Shown here piece by piece: positions 25,433 to 38,909 of a stretch of DNA of 64,000 nt. The first letter of the stretch is position 1. The number at the start of each line of letters is the position of its first letter. Made by a program: the position numbers and the translations under genes. Origin of the DNA: the human T2T-CHM13v2.0 reference genome, Homo sapiens; assembly GCF_009914755.1 (NCBI RefSeq), contig NC_060937.1; one strand, written 5' to 3'. The notes under the pieces were generated by a model, which was not told the DNA's origin, did not search any database, and saw only the letters and a program-made list of their open reading frames with translations.

Positions 25433-27163
25433 ACACAGCAATTGTATTCTTTTATTTACACTTCAAATAGTGACAGATATTTGCAAAGCTGATTTTGTAG
25501 AAAAGATTGTGACGTATCCTGCAGAAATATCATTTATGTATTCCCACAAAGCACTAGTGTCCTTTACTTCTGTCCCTCTTTACTGAAAGTCTTTGAAGAC
25601 ATTGCAGCTAAATAGCCCTGTGCAGTTACAAGGAAATCAAAAGAAAACATTACCATTCTGGTCACTGGCAGCAGCACCAGCTGTTATGTAATTTTGTTAT
25701 AAAGCTATTTCCTGCTACTGGAGGGTTTGAAATAACATTTACTTGTATAATTTTAATTCCATTTAGTTGATCCATCCGGGGCCAAATAAAAAGCATAAAT
25801 TAATCCACTATGAATATGTCAGGCAGATAACCATTTTAGAATACGAGAGAATTAAAAGTTGTTTACAAATAATTTATAGCCTTATAAAAGTACCTTTACA
25901 AGGATCTATAAACATTCACTGAAAGTCCCATATTTGGCCCCTTATTGTTCAGGAGAGCAGCATTTTCCAAACTTTCATGGTTCTTAGCACTTTGGAATAT
26001 ACGAGATGTATTGGGAAAGATGCTTGGAAAGAAGAAACAACTGAAAGAATGGAGATAATGCACCATCCTGATGGAGTCTGGGGTAATGAGGCTTTCTCTA
26101 TTTCTGCAATCTAAAAGTTCATCCCTCAAATTTAAATATGCAACTGATCAATTTCAAGGACTTTGTAGCTATATAATCCAATGATTCTAACTTTATTTTT
26201 TTGTTTGTATATGTGTGCATGAAAGTGAGAGACACAGATTGATTTACCAAAAATCTTATTCCCTCATATTGGGAAACTGGACAAAAGAGCAGCAGTTGCC
26301 AGTCATTCTTCCAAGGTCTCCCTGTCTTCCCACCTGTCCTGGAGTAAAGCAAACATCAAACCACAGCCTTTCAACACGTAGGTCGTTTTAAGTGGGTGCA
26401 CCTTTCCTAGTTCACCCTGGTTGTTCTTGCTCATCCCCAGTGTAATAAAGACCAAACCTAGAGTCCAGGCCCCTAGTTCTTGGAGTTTTATTCTTGGAGG
26501 CTGGACGCTGATATTCTTCTGAGTAACTCAGACAAACGCTCCACATATAAAGTATGGATGCCACTTAAACACTACAAACTGCTATGGTCAAAGCCTCCAT
26601 ACACCTTCCTCCCTCTGTCCAAGAAAGGCCCACTGGCTCTAAATCAGCTGAAAGTTTATTCTTCTCTCAAGCTGGAAGAGTGTTGGTGGCAATAGGACAG
26701 GGCTTCTCTTTGGGTCACTTTTCCAATCTACAGTTCAGCTAGCAGCAATACAGTCTCTTCACCCTCCGGTCTAAGAGCCATTAGGGACCTCAGCCCAAAT
26801 TCCCCCATACAGGTGAGGCTGACACAAAGCTTGAAAGGCAAAGAATTAAGGTTGCCTCTACTACTGGGACCACGTGCGGCCACTCAGCACAAAAATTTCC
26901 CCACTTGAAACATGGGCAGGAAGGAGGTGAAAGCAGGAAACAAAGCTGCTGTATAAACACAAAGAAGTAGGAAACAAGGGGTGATATCTGCAAAAAAAAA
27001 AAAAAAAAAACCTAGCATAAGTAAAAGACAAAAAAAAAAAACAGACATAAACAACCATTATAAAATAAGAGTGTCATACAACAAAAGATATAGGAATTCA
27101 AAAGTTCCTGAGAGAAAAGACAAAAATGACCCCAAATAAGAAATTTTTAAAATTAAGGGGCAT

Positions 27164-27329
27164 GGCCAGGAGCAGTGGCCCACACTTGTAATCCCATCAC
27201 TTTGGGAGACTCATGCCAGAGCGTCCCTTGAGACCAGGAAGTCAAGGCTCCAGTGAGCTGCCATCGTGCCACTGCACTCCAGTCTGGGTGGCAGAGCGAG
27301 ACCTTATCTCAAAAAAAAAAAAAAAAAAG
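27164..27329 (+). mobile_element. Alu monomer (FRAM-like or left/right-arm recombinant of AluJ)
   Basis: Left-arm-type start (tgtaatcccatcactttgggag) joined to a right-arm end (cagtgagc…gtgccactgcactccagtctggg…gagacc) plus poly-A. Confidence 0.85.
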
Positions 27330-29902
27330 TAAAAAAGATTAAGGACTATAATAGGATAAGAGCTCTAGGAAGGTGATAAAGTATGCCCAAAAGAAAGCAA
27401 TGTTCTAATAAAAACAAAATAAAACAAAAACTCTATTTTCCATGAACCAGAGAAGAAACACGAAGATATTTTGAGAAGAATGCAGTCCCGAGAGTTGAAT
27501 AACCTCTTTTCTAGGCCTGATCTGACACAAATTCATTCTCTGATTCTAGCAAGTGGTGATTCTCAGTAGGTTTCAATTTCCCCATCTGCAAAATGAGACC
27601 GTGCCCATGAGTCTAAATCATGTGTGTGTACATACATGTGTGTATGAGTGTATCAGTCTCAGGTTATGGCCTCTGTAACTTACAACCATTAATTAGAGCT
27701 TTCTCCTTAATCTGATTGTTCTTGAATGTTATGAACCTATAATACTTTGTCCAGGCCAATTTCTGAATTTTCCTATGAAATTTAAAATGATTTAACTTGG
27801 AACTCCTAGCAGCCTCTTGCAGGAAAACATCTCCATCATTGAAATTTCTGTTTAAAACAGAAACGAAATGTTCCCAGTCCCCAAAGCAGTGTAACATATC
27901 ACTGGCTAGAACGTAGATTTTCAGTTAAGAGATAATTATATTTTTCAAGATGGGGTAAAACAATATGATATTTATTGCTCAAACATCATAAGTTATAATT
28001 TACCTCAGTGTAGGTCAATATATTCTTTCCTGTTGAAAGGCATTTCTCACCTGAAGGCAAGAATTGCTACAAAAACATTCATCCACAATGATAGGGAGGC
28101 TTTTATAAGAGGCATTTCACAAAAGATATTCACAATGTTACAGGCAAGGAGGGGTTTTATGGGAGGCTTGAGCAAAGTACATTATTTGGGAAATAAGGTA
28201 ACCTGCCAGCATCTTTCGCATGCTGCAGATTTGTGCAATAACTAATATAAACATAAATAGCTACCATAACAGAGAGGTGAGGAAGTCTCTGTAGTCACAG
28301 AAGAATCTCTCTGAAATGTAATGACTGTACTGGGAGCAACTGTAGTGGTGCAATGGCCCTGGAGTATTAGCTCAGTCAGCCAGAAGCACCCAGTGCTGTC
28401 TAGGTCCATCGGCTGGATACCCTTTCAGAACACTAAGCAGCCAACGTGATCCAACAAGAAGCAGGTCCAAGGGCACTAGGCAGGCCACCCTAACCAGAGC
28501 CTCACCAACCTCACGGAAAGGGGTTCGCACGGTAACACCAGATTCACGTTGTGGTTCCGTTTCAGACATCTTCAGAATGTGCTTTAAATATGTCTTTTAT
28601 ATGCATACCATTGATCCAGGGATGCTTTTAATCCTTTCTAACGAATGATTTTGTCATATTTTTTTCCGATTTCCAATTTCATAGAGTACCATTAGGTAAT
28701 CCTAAAGAGAGCTGTGTGAACAGAGTGGATTTGACATTTGCAGGCATGATCCACTTTTTAAGGCTGGAGAACCCCGAGGCAGTGCCCTGAGCGGCTTCTG
28801 TCCAGGCCAGCTGCCCAACACGGATATATTAGTACATTTTGAGTCAATGTATTCAAAAGACTGCTGTATTTTGGTCTACAAGTTGATGCCAGGGTTCATT
28901 TTATTTTATTTTTCCTATATTTTTTCTGATTAAAAGAAAAAATTACAAAGGCATAAAAATAACAAATATTAAAGACAAACATAATGAAAGAAATGAAAAA
29001 ATGCTACACTCCTGAAATAACTGTCTTCAACAGTTTAATGAACATTCTTCCAATTTTGTCCTTATATGTGATAACGTAGTTAAAATTATTTTTTAAAAAC
29101 TCAGTTTCATATATTTGTTTTAAAATTAAAATGAGCTATATGTACACTATCTGTATATATACATGCTGAATATAGATTCTTCCCCATACTTACCAAAATG
29201 TATTAGACATATTTTAATTGATAGCAAATTTTGACAATTTATGACGATCTCATCTAATGTTAATATTATATTTAGCCTTTTTAAAAAATAAAAATAAAAG
29301 ACTTACTAGGACCTCAAGTCAGAAATTAATTAGACATTAAGCAACAACATATATTGGCCTGATTGTCTACTTGACATGACACCCAACTTCACATTTTCTG
29401 TTAACTTTTCACTTTGAAATAAATACAGATTCATAGAAGGTTACAGATGACTACTCAGAGAAATCTTGTACATATTTTCTACAACTAAGGTAAAATTCAA
29501 AACCAAGAAACTGACATGTCTAATACCCCTAGAACTTGTTAAGATCTCACCATTACACATGCACTCTTCTGTACTTGTGGTTGAATGGGTGTGTCTGTAG
29601 CTCTATGCAGTTGTTACAGGTGTAGCTTTGAGTAACCACCACCAAAATCAAAATACTCTATCTAGCATTAACACGAATCTCCCTAAAATTACCCCTTTAT
29701 AGCCAAACCCACCCTCCCATCTCTAACACCTGCCAATCCCTAATCTGTTCTTCATCTCTGTGATTATGTTAGTTCAGAAACGTTACATAAATGAAACTAC
29801 GTGATTTGTATCCTTTTGAGAAGGGCTATTTTACTCTGTAATTTCCTTGATAGTGATCCAAGTTGTTATTTTTGTATACCAATGTTTTGTTCTCTTTTTA
29901 TT

Positions 29903-30208
<306 letters not shown>

Positions 30209-31115
30209 TTGTTCCCTTTTTATTGCTGGACAGTTTTTCATTCTGTGGATATACCACATGGTGTTCAACCTTTCTCTCACTGAAAGACTTTTGAATCATT
30301 TCCTGTTAGGGGCTATCACAAATACAGCTGCTATGAACATTCAGGTTTAAGTTCTTGCATAAAAATCAGTCTTTATTATCTGGAATGTGTGCCTCAGAGT
30401 GCAATTATTGGGTTGTATGGTATGTCCATTTTTAGTTTTGAAAGGCAGTACCAAACTATTTTTGGAATAGCTGTACCATTTTACGTATCCACTAGCACTA
30501 TATGAGAGATCCATTTTTTATATCTTTACCAGCATTTAATGTTATTCCTATTTATTATTTTAGTCACTCTAATAGATATGTACTAATTTCTCATTGTAGT
30601 TCTAATAGCCATTTCTCTACTGGTTAATGATGAAGATCTTTTTATGTGCTTATTTTCAAACTGTATATCCTATTTAGTGAAATGTCTGTGCATGTTTTTT
30701 GAGTATTTTTAACTGGATTTTTTGAATGTTGAATTTTGAAAGTTCTTTATATATTCTAAATACAAGGTCATTGTCAGATATGCAATTTGTAAATATTTTC
30801 TTCCAGTCTGTGATTTTATCTTTATAACAGTCTTTTGCAGAACATTTTTTAAAATATTGATTAAACACAATTTATCAAGTTTTCCTCTATGGATTATGCT
30901 TGTGATGTCCAATCTAAGAACTATTTGCCTAGTTTTAGGTAGCAAAGATTTTCTCTGTCCTTTCTAAAAGTTTTATAGTTTTATATTTTAAATTTACAAA
31001 CTATTTTGAGTAAGGCGTGGGATTCATATAAAGTGTGAGATACAGGTCAAAGTTTATCTTTCCTCTTTTGAATATCTAATTGCTCCATAACCATTTATTA
31101 AAAGTGCTACCCCAC

Positions 31116-31428
<313 letters not shown>

Positions 31429-32483
31429 TCATCCACCGAATTAGTTTTGTTCTTCACCAAAAATCTGTTTGGCATAGTTCTGTAGATCTATTTCTGGATT
31501 CTTTATTCTGTTCCATTTATCTATGAGTCTATCGTTCTGTTGGGGGTGCACTGTATTGATTACTGCATCTATCGAGTAAGATCTAACATCAGGAAGAGTG
31601 ATTCTTCCCATTTTATTCTTCCTTTTCAAAATTGTCTTGAATATTCTAGAGTCTTTATCTTTTCACGTACATTTTAGAATTAACTTTAAGTTGTCTGTTT
31701 ATAAAGAAACATGCTGAGATTTTAATAGCAGTTGCCTTAAACCTGTCTATCAATTTGTTAAGAATTGACACCATTAGTATATTAGTCTTCCAATACATGA
31801 ACATGATATATCTAATTGTTTAGGTCTTCTTTGATTTCATCATATAGATCCTGTACATGTTTTATTTTCCTTTGAAAAACTGCAAAGACATTGTATTTTT
31901 TTTAAAAAAAATCTCTGTTTCAATTTGTTCCTTGATAGTATAAAGAAATTCAATTGACTTTTTTAGGTAACTTTTGGTTCTATGACCTTATTGAACTCAT
32001 TTATTAATTTTAAAAAGTTGTTTTAATTGCTGTACACCTTGGTGTTTTCTATAATCATGTCATCTACAAACAGAAAGTTTTACTTCTTCCTTTCCAATGT
32101 ATATGCTTTTTTTTTCTTGCATTACAGCTGAGACTAGAACTGCCAGTGCTATATTAAATAGCAGTGAGAAAAGCAGACATCCTCATGTTAATTCTGATCT
32201 CAGAGATAAATCATTCATTCTTCCACCATAAAGTATGATCGTAGATACAGACTTTATATTGATGTTTTTAATAAAGCTGAGGAAGCTCTCTCTATTCCTA
32301 GTATAATGACAATTTTTATCATAAACACGTACTGAATTTTGTCAAATGTCTTTTCTGTGTAAATTGATATGATCCCATAATTTTTTCCTTTAATTTTTTG
32401 ATACGATGGATTAGATTGATTTTCAAATATTGAACCAGCCTAGTATTCCTGAAATAAATCCCACGTGCTCCATATTTATTTTT

Positions 32484-32596
32484 TTCTTTTATTTATTTAT
32501 TTATTTTATTTTATTATTATTATACTTTAAGTTTTAGGGTACATGTGCATAATGTGCAGGTTAGTTACATATGTATACATGTGCCATGCTGGGGAA
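32484..32596 (-). mobile_element. Very short young L1 (L1PA2/3-like) 3' terminal insertion
   Basis: T-rich tail then tatactttaagttttagggtacatgtgcataatgtgcaggttagttacatatgtatacatgtgccatgctgg; 13-bp TSD CATATTTATTTTT at 32471-32483 and 32597-32609. Confidence 0.93.
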
Positions 32597-33007
32597 CATA
32601 TTTATTTTTAAAAGCAAAGAAAGCATATCATTGGTACATAAGACTTTAAAAAATTATTACCTGATATATTTCACAGAGGAAATATTGTGTAGCTTTAATA
32701 TTAATAGACACTTGCAGTAAAATCAGAATTTATATTTTGTACATATATTTATTTTAAATGAATATAAACAGCTATATCCTTTGCACTAAATTTTTACAGG
32801 AATTTTAAAAGAGAATGAAAGGCTCCTTCCATTGCATGTTAGACATGAAAAAAAGATAAAGAATCTTAGGATTCTTCAATGAGATTTGTATATTTTAGTT
32901 CTTATGAATTGCTATGGCAACACAACCCTAAAATTAGAGCTGAAATAGATGGGAAAACATTATTTGAAATGAAAATACTTTTACAAACATCATGTATAAG
33001 ACAAGAA

Positions 33008-33831
33008 ATAATACTGTTGCAGCATAATAAGAAATATATGTTTGGTTTCTGCCCCCAGTTCCTGACACTTAAATCATAAAATCCTTAGAATTTCCTGAAT
33101 GGTCCAGGTGAGAGAAGTGTCTTTTTTTAATTCATAATAACTCCTTTTTGACCATACCTGAATTTATACTAATCAGGTGACCCTTGGATGCTTGGGACTC
33201 ATCACTGGAAAGACCAAAGTATGATTAGAGTAGCTGGACATTTTGGTCCCAACCCTGGACCTCTGGGGAGAGGAGAGGGGCTGGAGATTGACTTGATCAC
33301 CAATGCCAAGTGATTTAATCAATCATAATTAGGAAAGGAAACCTCCACAAAAACCCTAAATAATGGGGTTTGGAGAGTTTTTGGCTTGGTGTACACATGG
33401 AGGACCTGGGAGAGTGGTACGTCTGGGTAGATGGGAGCTCCGTGCCCCTGCCCCATACCTTGCCTCTTTCATGTGATTTTTCCTAAGTTGTGCCTTTTGT
33501 AATAAACTAGTAAGTAAAGTGTTTCCTTGAGTTCTTTGGGCCATTATAGCAATTTATTGAACTGAAGAAGGGGTTCATGCTAGTCAGAAGTTACAGGTGA
33601 CAACTTCGGACTTGAGACTGAAATGGGGAAAGTATTATAGAAATGAGCCAATAATGTGTGTGGGATCTGTGTTAACTCCAGGTAGCTACTATTAGAGTGG
33701 TACTGAATTGTAGGGCACCCCAGTTGGTGGGTAAAGATAATTTGAGAATTGCTTGGTGTGCAAATAACTTACACATTTGGTTTCTATATGAGTAGAAGTG
33801 TTATGTTTGAGTAGAAGAGTAGTTTTTTCTT
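33008..33831 (+). mobile_element. MER21B/C-like solo LTR
   Basis: ataataagaaatatatgtttggtttctgcccccagttcctgacac…accatacctgaatttatactaat…ggagaggagaggggctggagattga…gtaagtaaagtgtttccttgagttct. Confidence 0.85.
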
Positions 33832-34107
33832 TAATTGCCTTTTTAAAATCCAAGGTGCTCCAAATCATCGATTTGTAGAAATCATATTGAGAAACGTGTG
33901 TGTAGCAAATTACAAAGTATTCTCAATGCTTCTAAGGTACCTTAGCACGTCAACTATCACTATAAATAGCATTTCCTATTAATATCCTAAAACCATACAC
34001 AAAAATCTATAATTCACATTAACATGATAATTGATAAATAATATAATTGGTATATCTTGCATAAATACATTCATATTAATATCCTAAAATGATACTACTA
34101 AAATTGC

Positions 34108-34574
34108 ATTTATGGGAAATAATTCTCCAGAAGCTCTTGCCTTTCTGCATATCTTGTGAGGAGGCACTGACTCTCTTGTTCTGGTCTATTTTTTTCAACG
34201 ACCTTCTGGTAATGAACGACCCTGGGAGGCAGAGAAAGTTTGTCTCCATGGAGCAAACAAAGGGCAGGGGGATACTTACTGCCCATTATAAATGATTTGT
34301 TTTCCTAATTTCAAGCTGCCTCTGCTGTAATGCAATGCACTGGGTGGGCAGGGGTCACTTGGCTCTCTTGATGTTACCCCTGTGGGAATTGGGGCTCAAA
34401 AAAACTGTCACAAAAATGGTGGCAGTCTGTCTGTTGCTATTCTGTGAGTAACAAAATTCCCTTTGTGCCGATCCAGGATTCTCGTGACTTCTACCAGCAT
34501 CCATTAAACTGTGGCAGGAGAACTCGTCACATTGCAAGGAGGGTAAAATCTCAGGCCTTTCATTGTTTTTTACA
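34108..34574 (+). mobile_element. ERVL-type solo LTR (family name uncertain; LTR53/MER54-like group)
   Basis: tgggaaataattctcc…gaggcactgact…cttactgcccattataaa…ctgtgggaattggggctc…ccagcatccattaaactgtggcagg…gggtaaaatctcag…aca. Confidence 0.7.
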
Positions 34575-34774
34575 GACATGTTATTTCCTTAGCCCTACTT
34601 TGAGTGAACTAATTAGCAAATAAACTCTTCATTTTGGGAGACAAATGGCACTTTTGAAGTTCCGAGAACACGCTAATTTATAAAATGGCATATCTAGGTC
34701 GAAAACCAAATTCATCATTCATTTTTATGTTAATTTATCTCTTTTAAAAAATAATTCATACAAGAGATACTTTT

Positions 34775-35060
34775 CTTTTAAAACATATGTCAAATCATGT
34801 CACTCTCTTCTTCAAAACATGCCAGTGACTTCCTCATCCCACTCAGGGTAACATCGAAAGTGCTACCCACAGCCTACGGGGCTCTTCCAGACCCCATCTC
34901 CTGGTACTTCTCGAAATTGTCATGAGCCTTGCTCCCCACTGTCCACCCTGCAACCATCCGGGACTCTTCCTTGCTCTTCTTCAAACACACAACACACACC
35001 TTCTTCTGAGGGCCTTTGTGTCTGCTTCCTGTCTGTGAAACGACCTCCCTGTTTATCCTC
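34775..35060 (+). mobile_element. L2 fragment (continues at about 36205-36430)
   Basis: aaacatatgtcaaatcatgtcactctcttcttcaaaac..ccagtgacttcctcat…agggcctttgtg; L2 3' end ctagactacaagttgcaggagaacaga…tactcagtaaatgtt near 36335-36425. Confidence 0.7.
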
Positions 35061-35349
35061 CTGTGCTATGTTGCTCTAGACCTCTGACCACAGCAGCCAA
35101 GAGCCCACAGAACTAGTATTAGAACAGAATTGCTTCCAATGGTAGTAAGCACACCAAATTGTTTTAACACTTTCCTAACATACTTCTGCTCTTATTTATC
35201 TAATTTTTTTATCTTGTACATTTTGGTGTAGATCTCTCTTAAAATTTGGCTTTCCTTATAATTCTTATTTTGCTAAGGTATAGAGCAGTAAAAACTGCTG
35301 ACCTGGGGAATAAGAACACCCACAGTACTTGGCACATAATTGATGACTG

Positions 35350-36170
35350 GGGCAAATACCTACTGCACCAAATATACCTCTCTTCTTTTTACCAATGTTC
35401 TCAGCTAAAAGACTGCACTTCTGCCTCACTGTTACATCCAGATATGGAAACGTAGCTAATTTCTGAGTAGTGATTTATAGCAGAACTTGTAGGTGATGTC
35501 CAGGAATGCTACTCAGAGAAGGTTTAGCTACTCTTTCCTTGATATGATTTGGTTGTGTCCCCACCCAAAACTCATCTTGAATTGTAGCTCCCACGATTCC
35601 CACATGTCATGGGGGGGGACCTGGTCGGAGGTAATTGAATCATGGCATCTGGTCTTTCCTATGCTGTAATCATGACAGTGAGTCTGTCTCATGAGATCTG
35701 ATGCTTTTATAAAGGGGAGTTCCTCTGCATGTGCTCTCTTGCCTGCTGCCATGTAAGATGTGACTTTGCTCCTCACTCACCTTCCACCATGATTGTGAGT
35801 CTTCCCCAGCCATGTGGAACTGTGAGTCAATTAAACCTCTTTCTTTTATAAAGTACCCAGTCTTGGGTATGTCTTTATTAGCAGTGTGAGAACAGACTAA
35901 TACATTCCCCCATCGCTCTTTCTTGCTACAGTAAAATCATCTGGGACACAGAATAGTAGAACATGAAAACAAAAAACAATAAAGGTATATGGTATTTAGG
36001 TCCCCAGTGTAAGAGTTCTGTCTACTTCTACTAATATATGACATAAAAATATATGACATGCCTACTTCTGCAAATATATGAGATGAAAGAGAAACAAATT
36101 TTTGTCCTGCTTCAGCCAGTATTGTTTTGGAGTTTCTGTTTTATGCATCAAAATATAATCTTGAATGAAA
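35350..36170 (+). mobile_element. LTR33-like old ERVL LTR, split by THE1B
   Basis: cagctaaaagactgcacttctgcctc…ctaatttctgag…agcagaa, and after THE1B gagaaacaaatttttgtcctgcttcagccagtattgttttggagtttctgtt. Confidence 0.55.
35540..35904 (+). mobile_element. THE1B MaLR solo LTR
   Basis: tgatatgatttggttgtgtccccacccaaaactcatcttgaattgtagctccc…gagtcaattaaacctc…gaacagactaataca; 5-bp TSD TTCCT/TTCCC. Confidence 0.96.
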
Positions 36171-37826
36171 AACTACTCAAAGAGATTTGAGTAGGCTAAT
36201 GTCATAGCCCCATCATTCTCTGTTACCCTATCCTATACCATTTTTATTCTATCATTTATCATCACCTGACAATGATGCCTTTATGATTAATTGTTCACTT
36301 GTTTGTTGCCTATTTCTTCTCTCCAAACCCCAACTAGACTACAAGTTGCAGGAGAACAGAAGCTCTTTCTTGATGGCTGGTATATTCTTAGCATCTGCAA
36401 ACACAAGTACTCAGTAAATGTTAAATATGGTCATTGAATCTTTACAAGTGATCTTGTGCAATGAATATATAAATGAGGACTCTTATTTGGAGGTAAGACC
36501 ATTACTTCTGCATTAAAAGCACTTACTGGAGATCAGGCTTCACTTTTTCACATTAAGTGAGGCTCAAAGATAAAATTGAGTGACCTGTTGGTAGCAGATC
36601 AAAGTCTTACAATCATAAAAGGCTCAAGGGTCCTATTATTCTGCAGACTTTTGGTTGATTCCACAGCTTGAAATCCCTAAAGGACACGCTGATTTCTCAA
36701 TCTGCATATCAATGAACAGCCTTTCCTTAGCAAAGATGTTATCTTTAAATTACAAATGGAAACTTGACTCCATGTAAAACAGAGATTTGGAAAAGAAAGT
36801 ATATACAATCTAGGGTAGGCACATGAGAAGTTTTTGACAACTTAGAGATAGTAAAGTGACCAATAATTATTCTTACAGTTGAAATATCTTGCGCATTATG
36901 ACTACTATCCTCAGCCAACAAAACTCCTGGATGCATGCCATAATATATTTCCTGAGGCTTAGGAAGCGAGTCTAACTATTTTCACCGTACGAGGAGCAAG
37001 GGCATAATCAAGACCTAAGTGCACAAGGCCCACCGTGAAATTCCATTTTCCACTAACACTGGAAAATTAGGATGATAACACAGACTTAGATAAATGGGTC
37101 ATTTGGTAATAGAAGAGAGCCTTAGAACTTTGGTGAATTTTTCACCTTATCAAAACTGGTAGAGTTCAGGGGAAAAAAACAGAACAGAATCTTAGACAAA
37201 GGGACTTCAAGTCCATTTGGTAGGATCCACTCAATTTGCATTTAAAAAGATTTAGGTGCAAAGCTATGGAGTGAGTTGCCCAAAGTCAATCTGGTCAAAG
37301 AGGAACTAGAACCAGAGCCCATTCCAGAAAGGCTCTTGTCTCTCCAGGGCACCATCCCATGAGCCCCTTTCTACAATTTTAGCAGAGAGTCCCTGACCTG
37401 GTTCTTCTATACATCCTGAAGAGCAAAAATTACCACAAAATACTAAGGCTGGCAGCACGCTGCCTAGGAAATGGAAAGCCAAGAAGGCTCCATATAAACA
37501 ACTTGCCCTCGTCACCCATGCTATGCCATTCCCTGCTAGATGTTGCCCATTTCCCCCACTCCCTTTGCATTCATCGGGATCCTTTCTCTCCCATTTTTCC
37601 ATTTTGTTAAAGATGGACTCCTGGCTGTCACTTTCAGCCATCAGTCTGTAGTGGGAGAGGGTGTGTGAAAAAATCAGATTTTGCAGTATTAACAAAATTG
37701 TAGCATCTAAGGTGATTTTATTTTTCATCTGTAACATAAGCCTTGGAGTCCGGATTTCAGTTTGAGATTGCCATAGAACACAGTCTGGGTATAAAATGAA
37801 GTGCAAAGATGTATGTTTGGGAAGAG

Positions 37827-37984
37827 GTGTGTGTGTCTAGGCGTGTATGTTTATATGTGTGCATGTGTGTGTATGTGTATGTGTGTGTTGGGTGTGTGTG
37901 TGTGCATATGTGTGTGTGCATGTATATGTGTGTGTGTGTGTGTACCTGTGTCTGTACGTGTTTGTATCTTTGTGCAAGTGTAAC
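37827..37984. repeat. Degenerate (TG)n tract
   Basis: Seen directly; source of the C/V-rich ORFs. Confidence 0.9.
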
Positions 37985-38299
37985 ACATTTTGTGTCTCAG
38001 TCCTGATCCAGAGCAGAGGGATAAATAAAACAGTGACAGGATCAAACCTCATTATGTTCTCTGCCCTACTTGAGTTCAGGAAATGCGCTCTACCATAGTC
38101 TTTAGCTTTATTATTTAATGATGAAAGAAAATTTCTCTGACAGGTCTTATCATTGCAGATAATGATTGGCTCTTCTTATAGAGGATAACCATTGAATTGC
38201 TAATTTATACATGTTTGCTAACATCCTTCCTTCCCAGCTTTAAAATTCCTAACAGTGAAAGGATCTTTACCTGAAAACAAAGAGAAGTGTTTTTTTGTT

Positions 38300-38780
38300 T
38301 ATTTGCTCATTTGTTTTCTATTCTCTTAAGAAATCTTTGCTTGGACTAAGTTTATACCCTACTACATGTCAGGAACTCTAAAGGGTGAGGGTGGGAAACC
38401 ACAGATAAATAAATCATGCTATCTTCTCAACAAGGAGTCCATTCTGTAGAGAAAACCAACATCAAAAAACAGTTACCACTCTTGTGATAGGTTATAGTAA
38501 GACTACATACAGAGTCTTGCATGTGGGTCACATACATATGGGTCAAGGAAGGAAATGATTAATTTTCTAGGTGACTCAGGGAAGGCTTCATGATCTGGAC
38601 TTTGTGAAATTCGGTAGAATCAGCCAGACAAATTGGAAAGGCCATTCTAGGAGGAAAAGAATCACTGGCACAATAGAGGCAGGTGTGAAATGGGATGCCA
38701 TGTATTAAAAATGACAAGTGACAAGGAGTTTGGAAAAACAAAAGTGTAGAAAATAAATATTTCGTAGTCTCAGTGTAGGA
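38300..38780 (-). mobile_element. L2 fragment
   Basis: cctactacatgtcaggaactct…aaggagtccattctgtag…tcagggaaggcttcatga…ggccattctaggagg. Confidence 0.6.
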
Positions 38781-38909
38781 TTGACTTACCAATTGTTCCT
38801 ACTCTGTCAAAATCTTCTGCGAGCAAGCCTTCTCATGGGAGTGAGAAAATAGGAGCCAGCATTACAAGGAAGGGAGTTAAGTAAACTCGGGGTCAATTCC
38901 CTTAAATAA

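Noticed and set aside
28368-28400. TAGCTCAGTCAG resembling a tRNA A-box
   Set aside because: No B-box at a suitable distance and no cloverleaf pairing.
37532-37548. CTCF-like CCTGCTAGATGTTGCC
   Set aside because: Mismatches at the key GGC positions; cannot be supported without ChIP data.
37306-37806. 166-aa minus-strand ORF (also 142 aa at 16436-16864 and 155 aa at 21862-22329)
   Set aside because: No recognisable domain, no splice context and no obvious coding pattern; lengths are compatible with chance in 64 kb.
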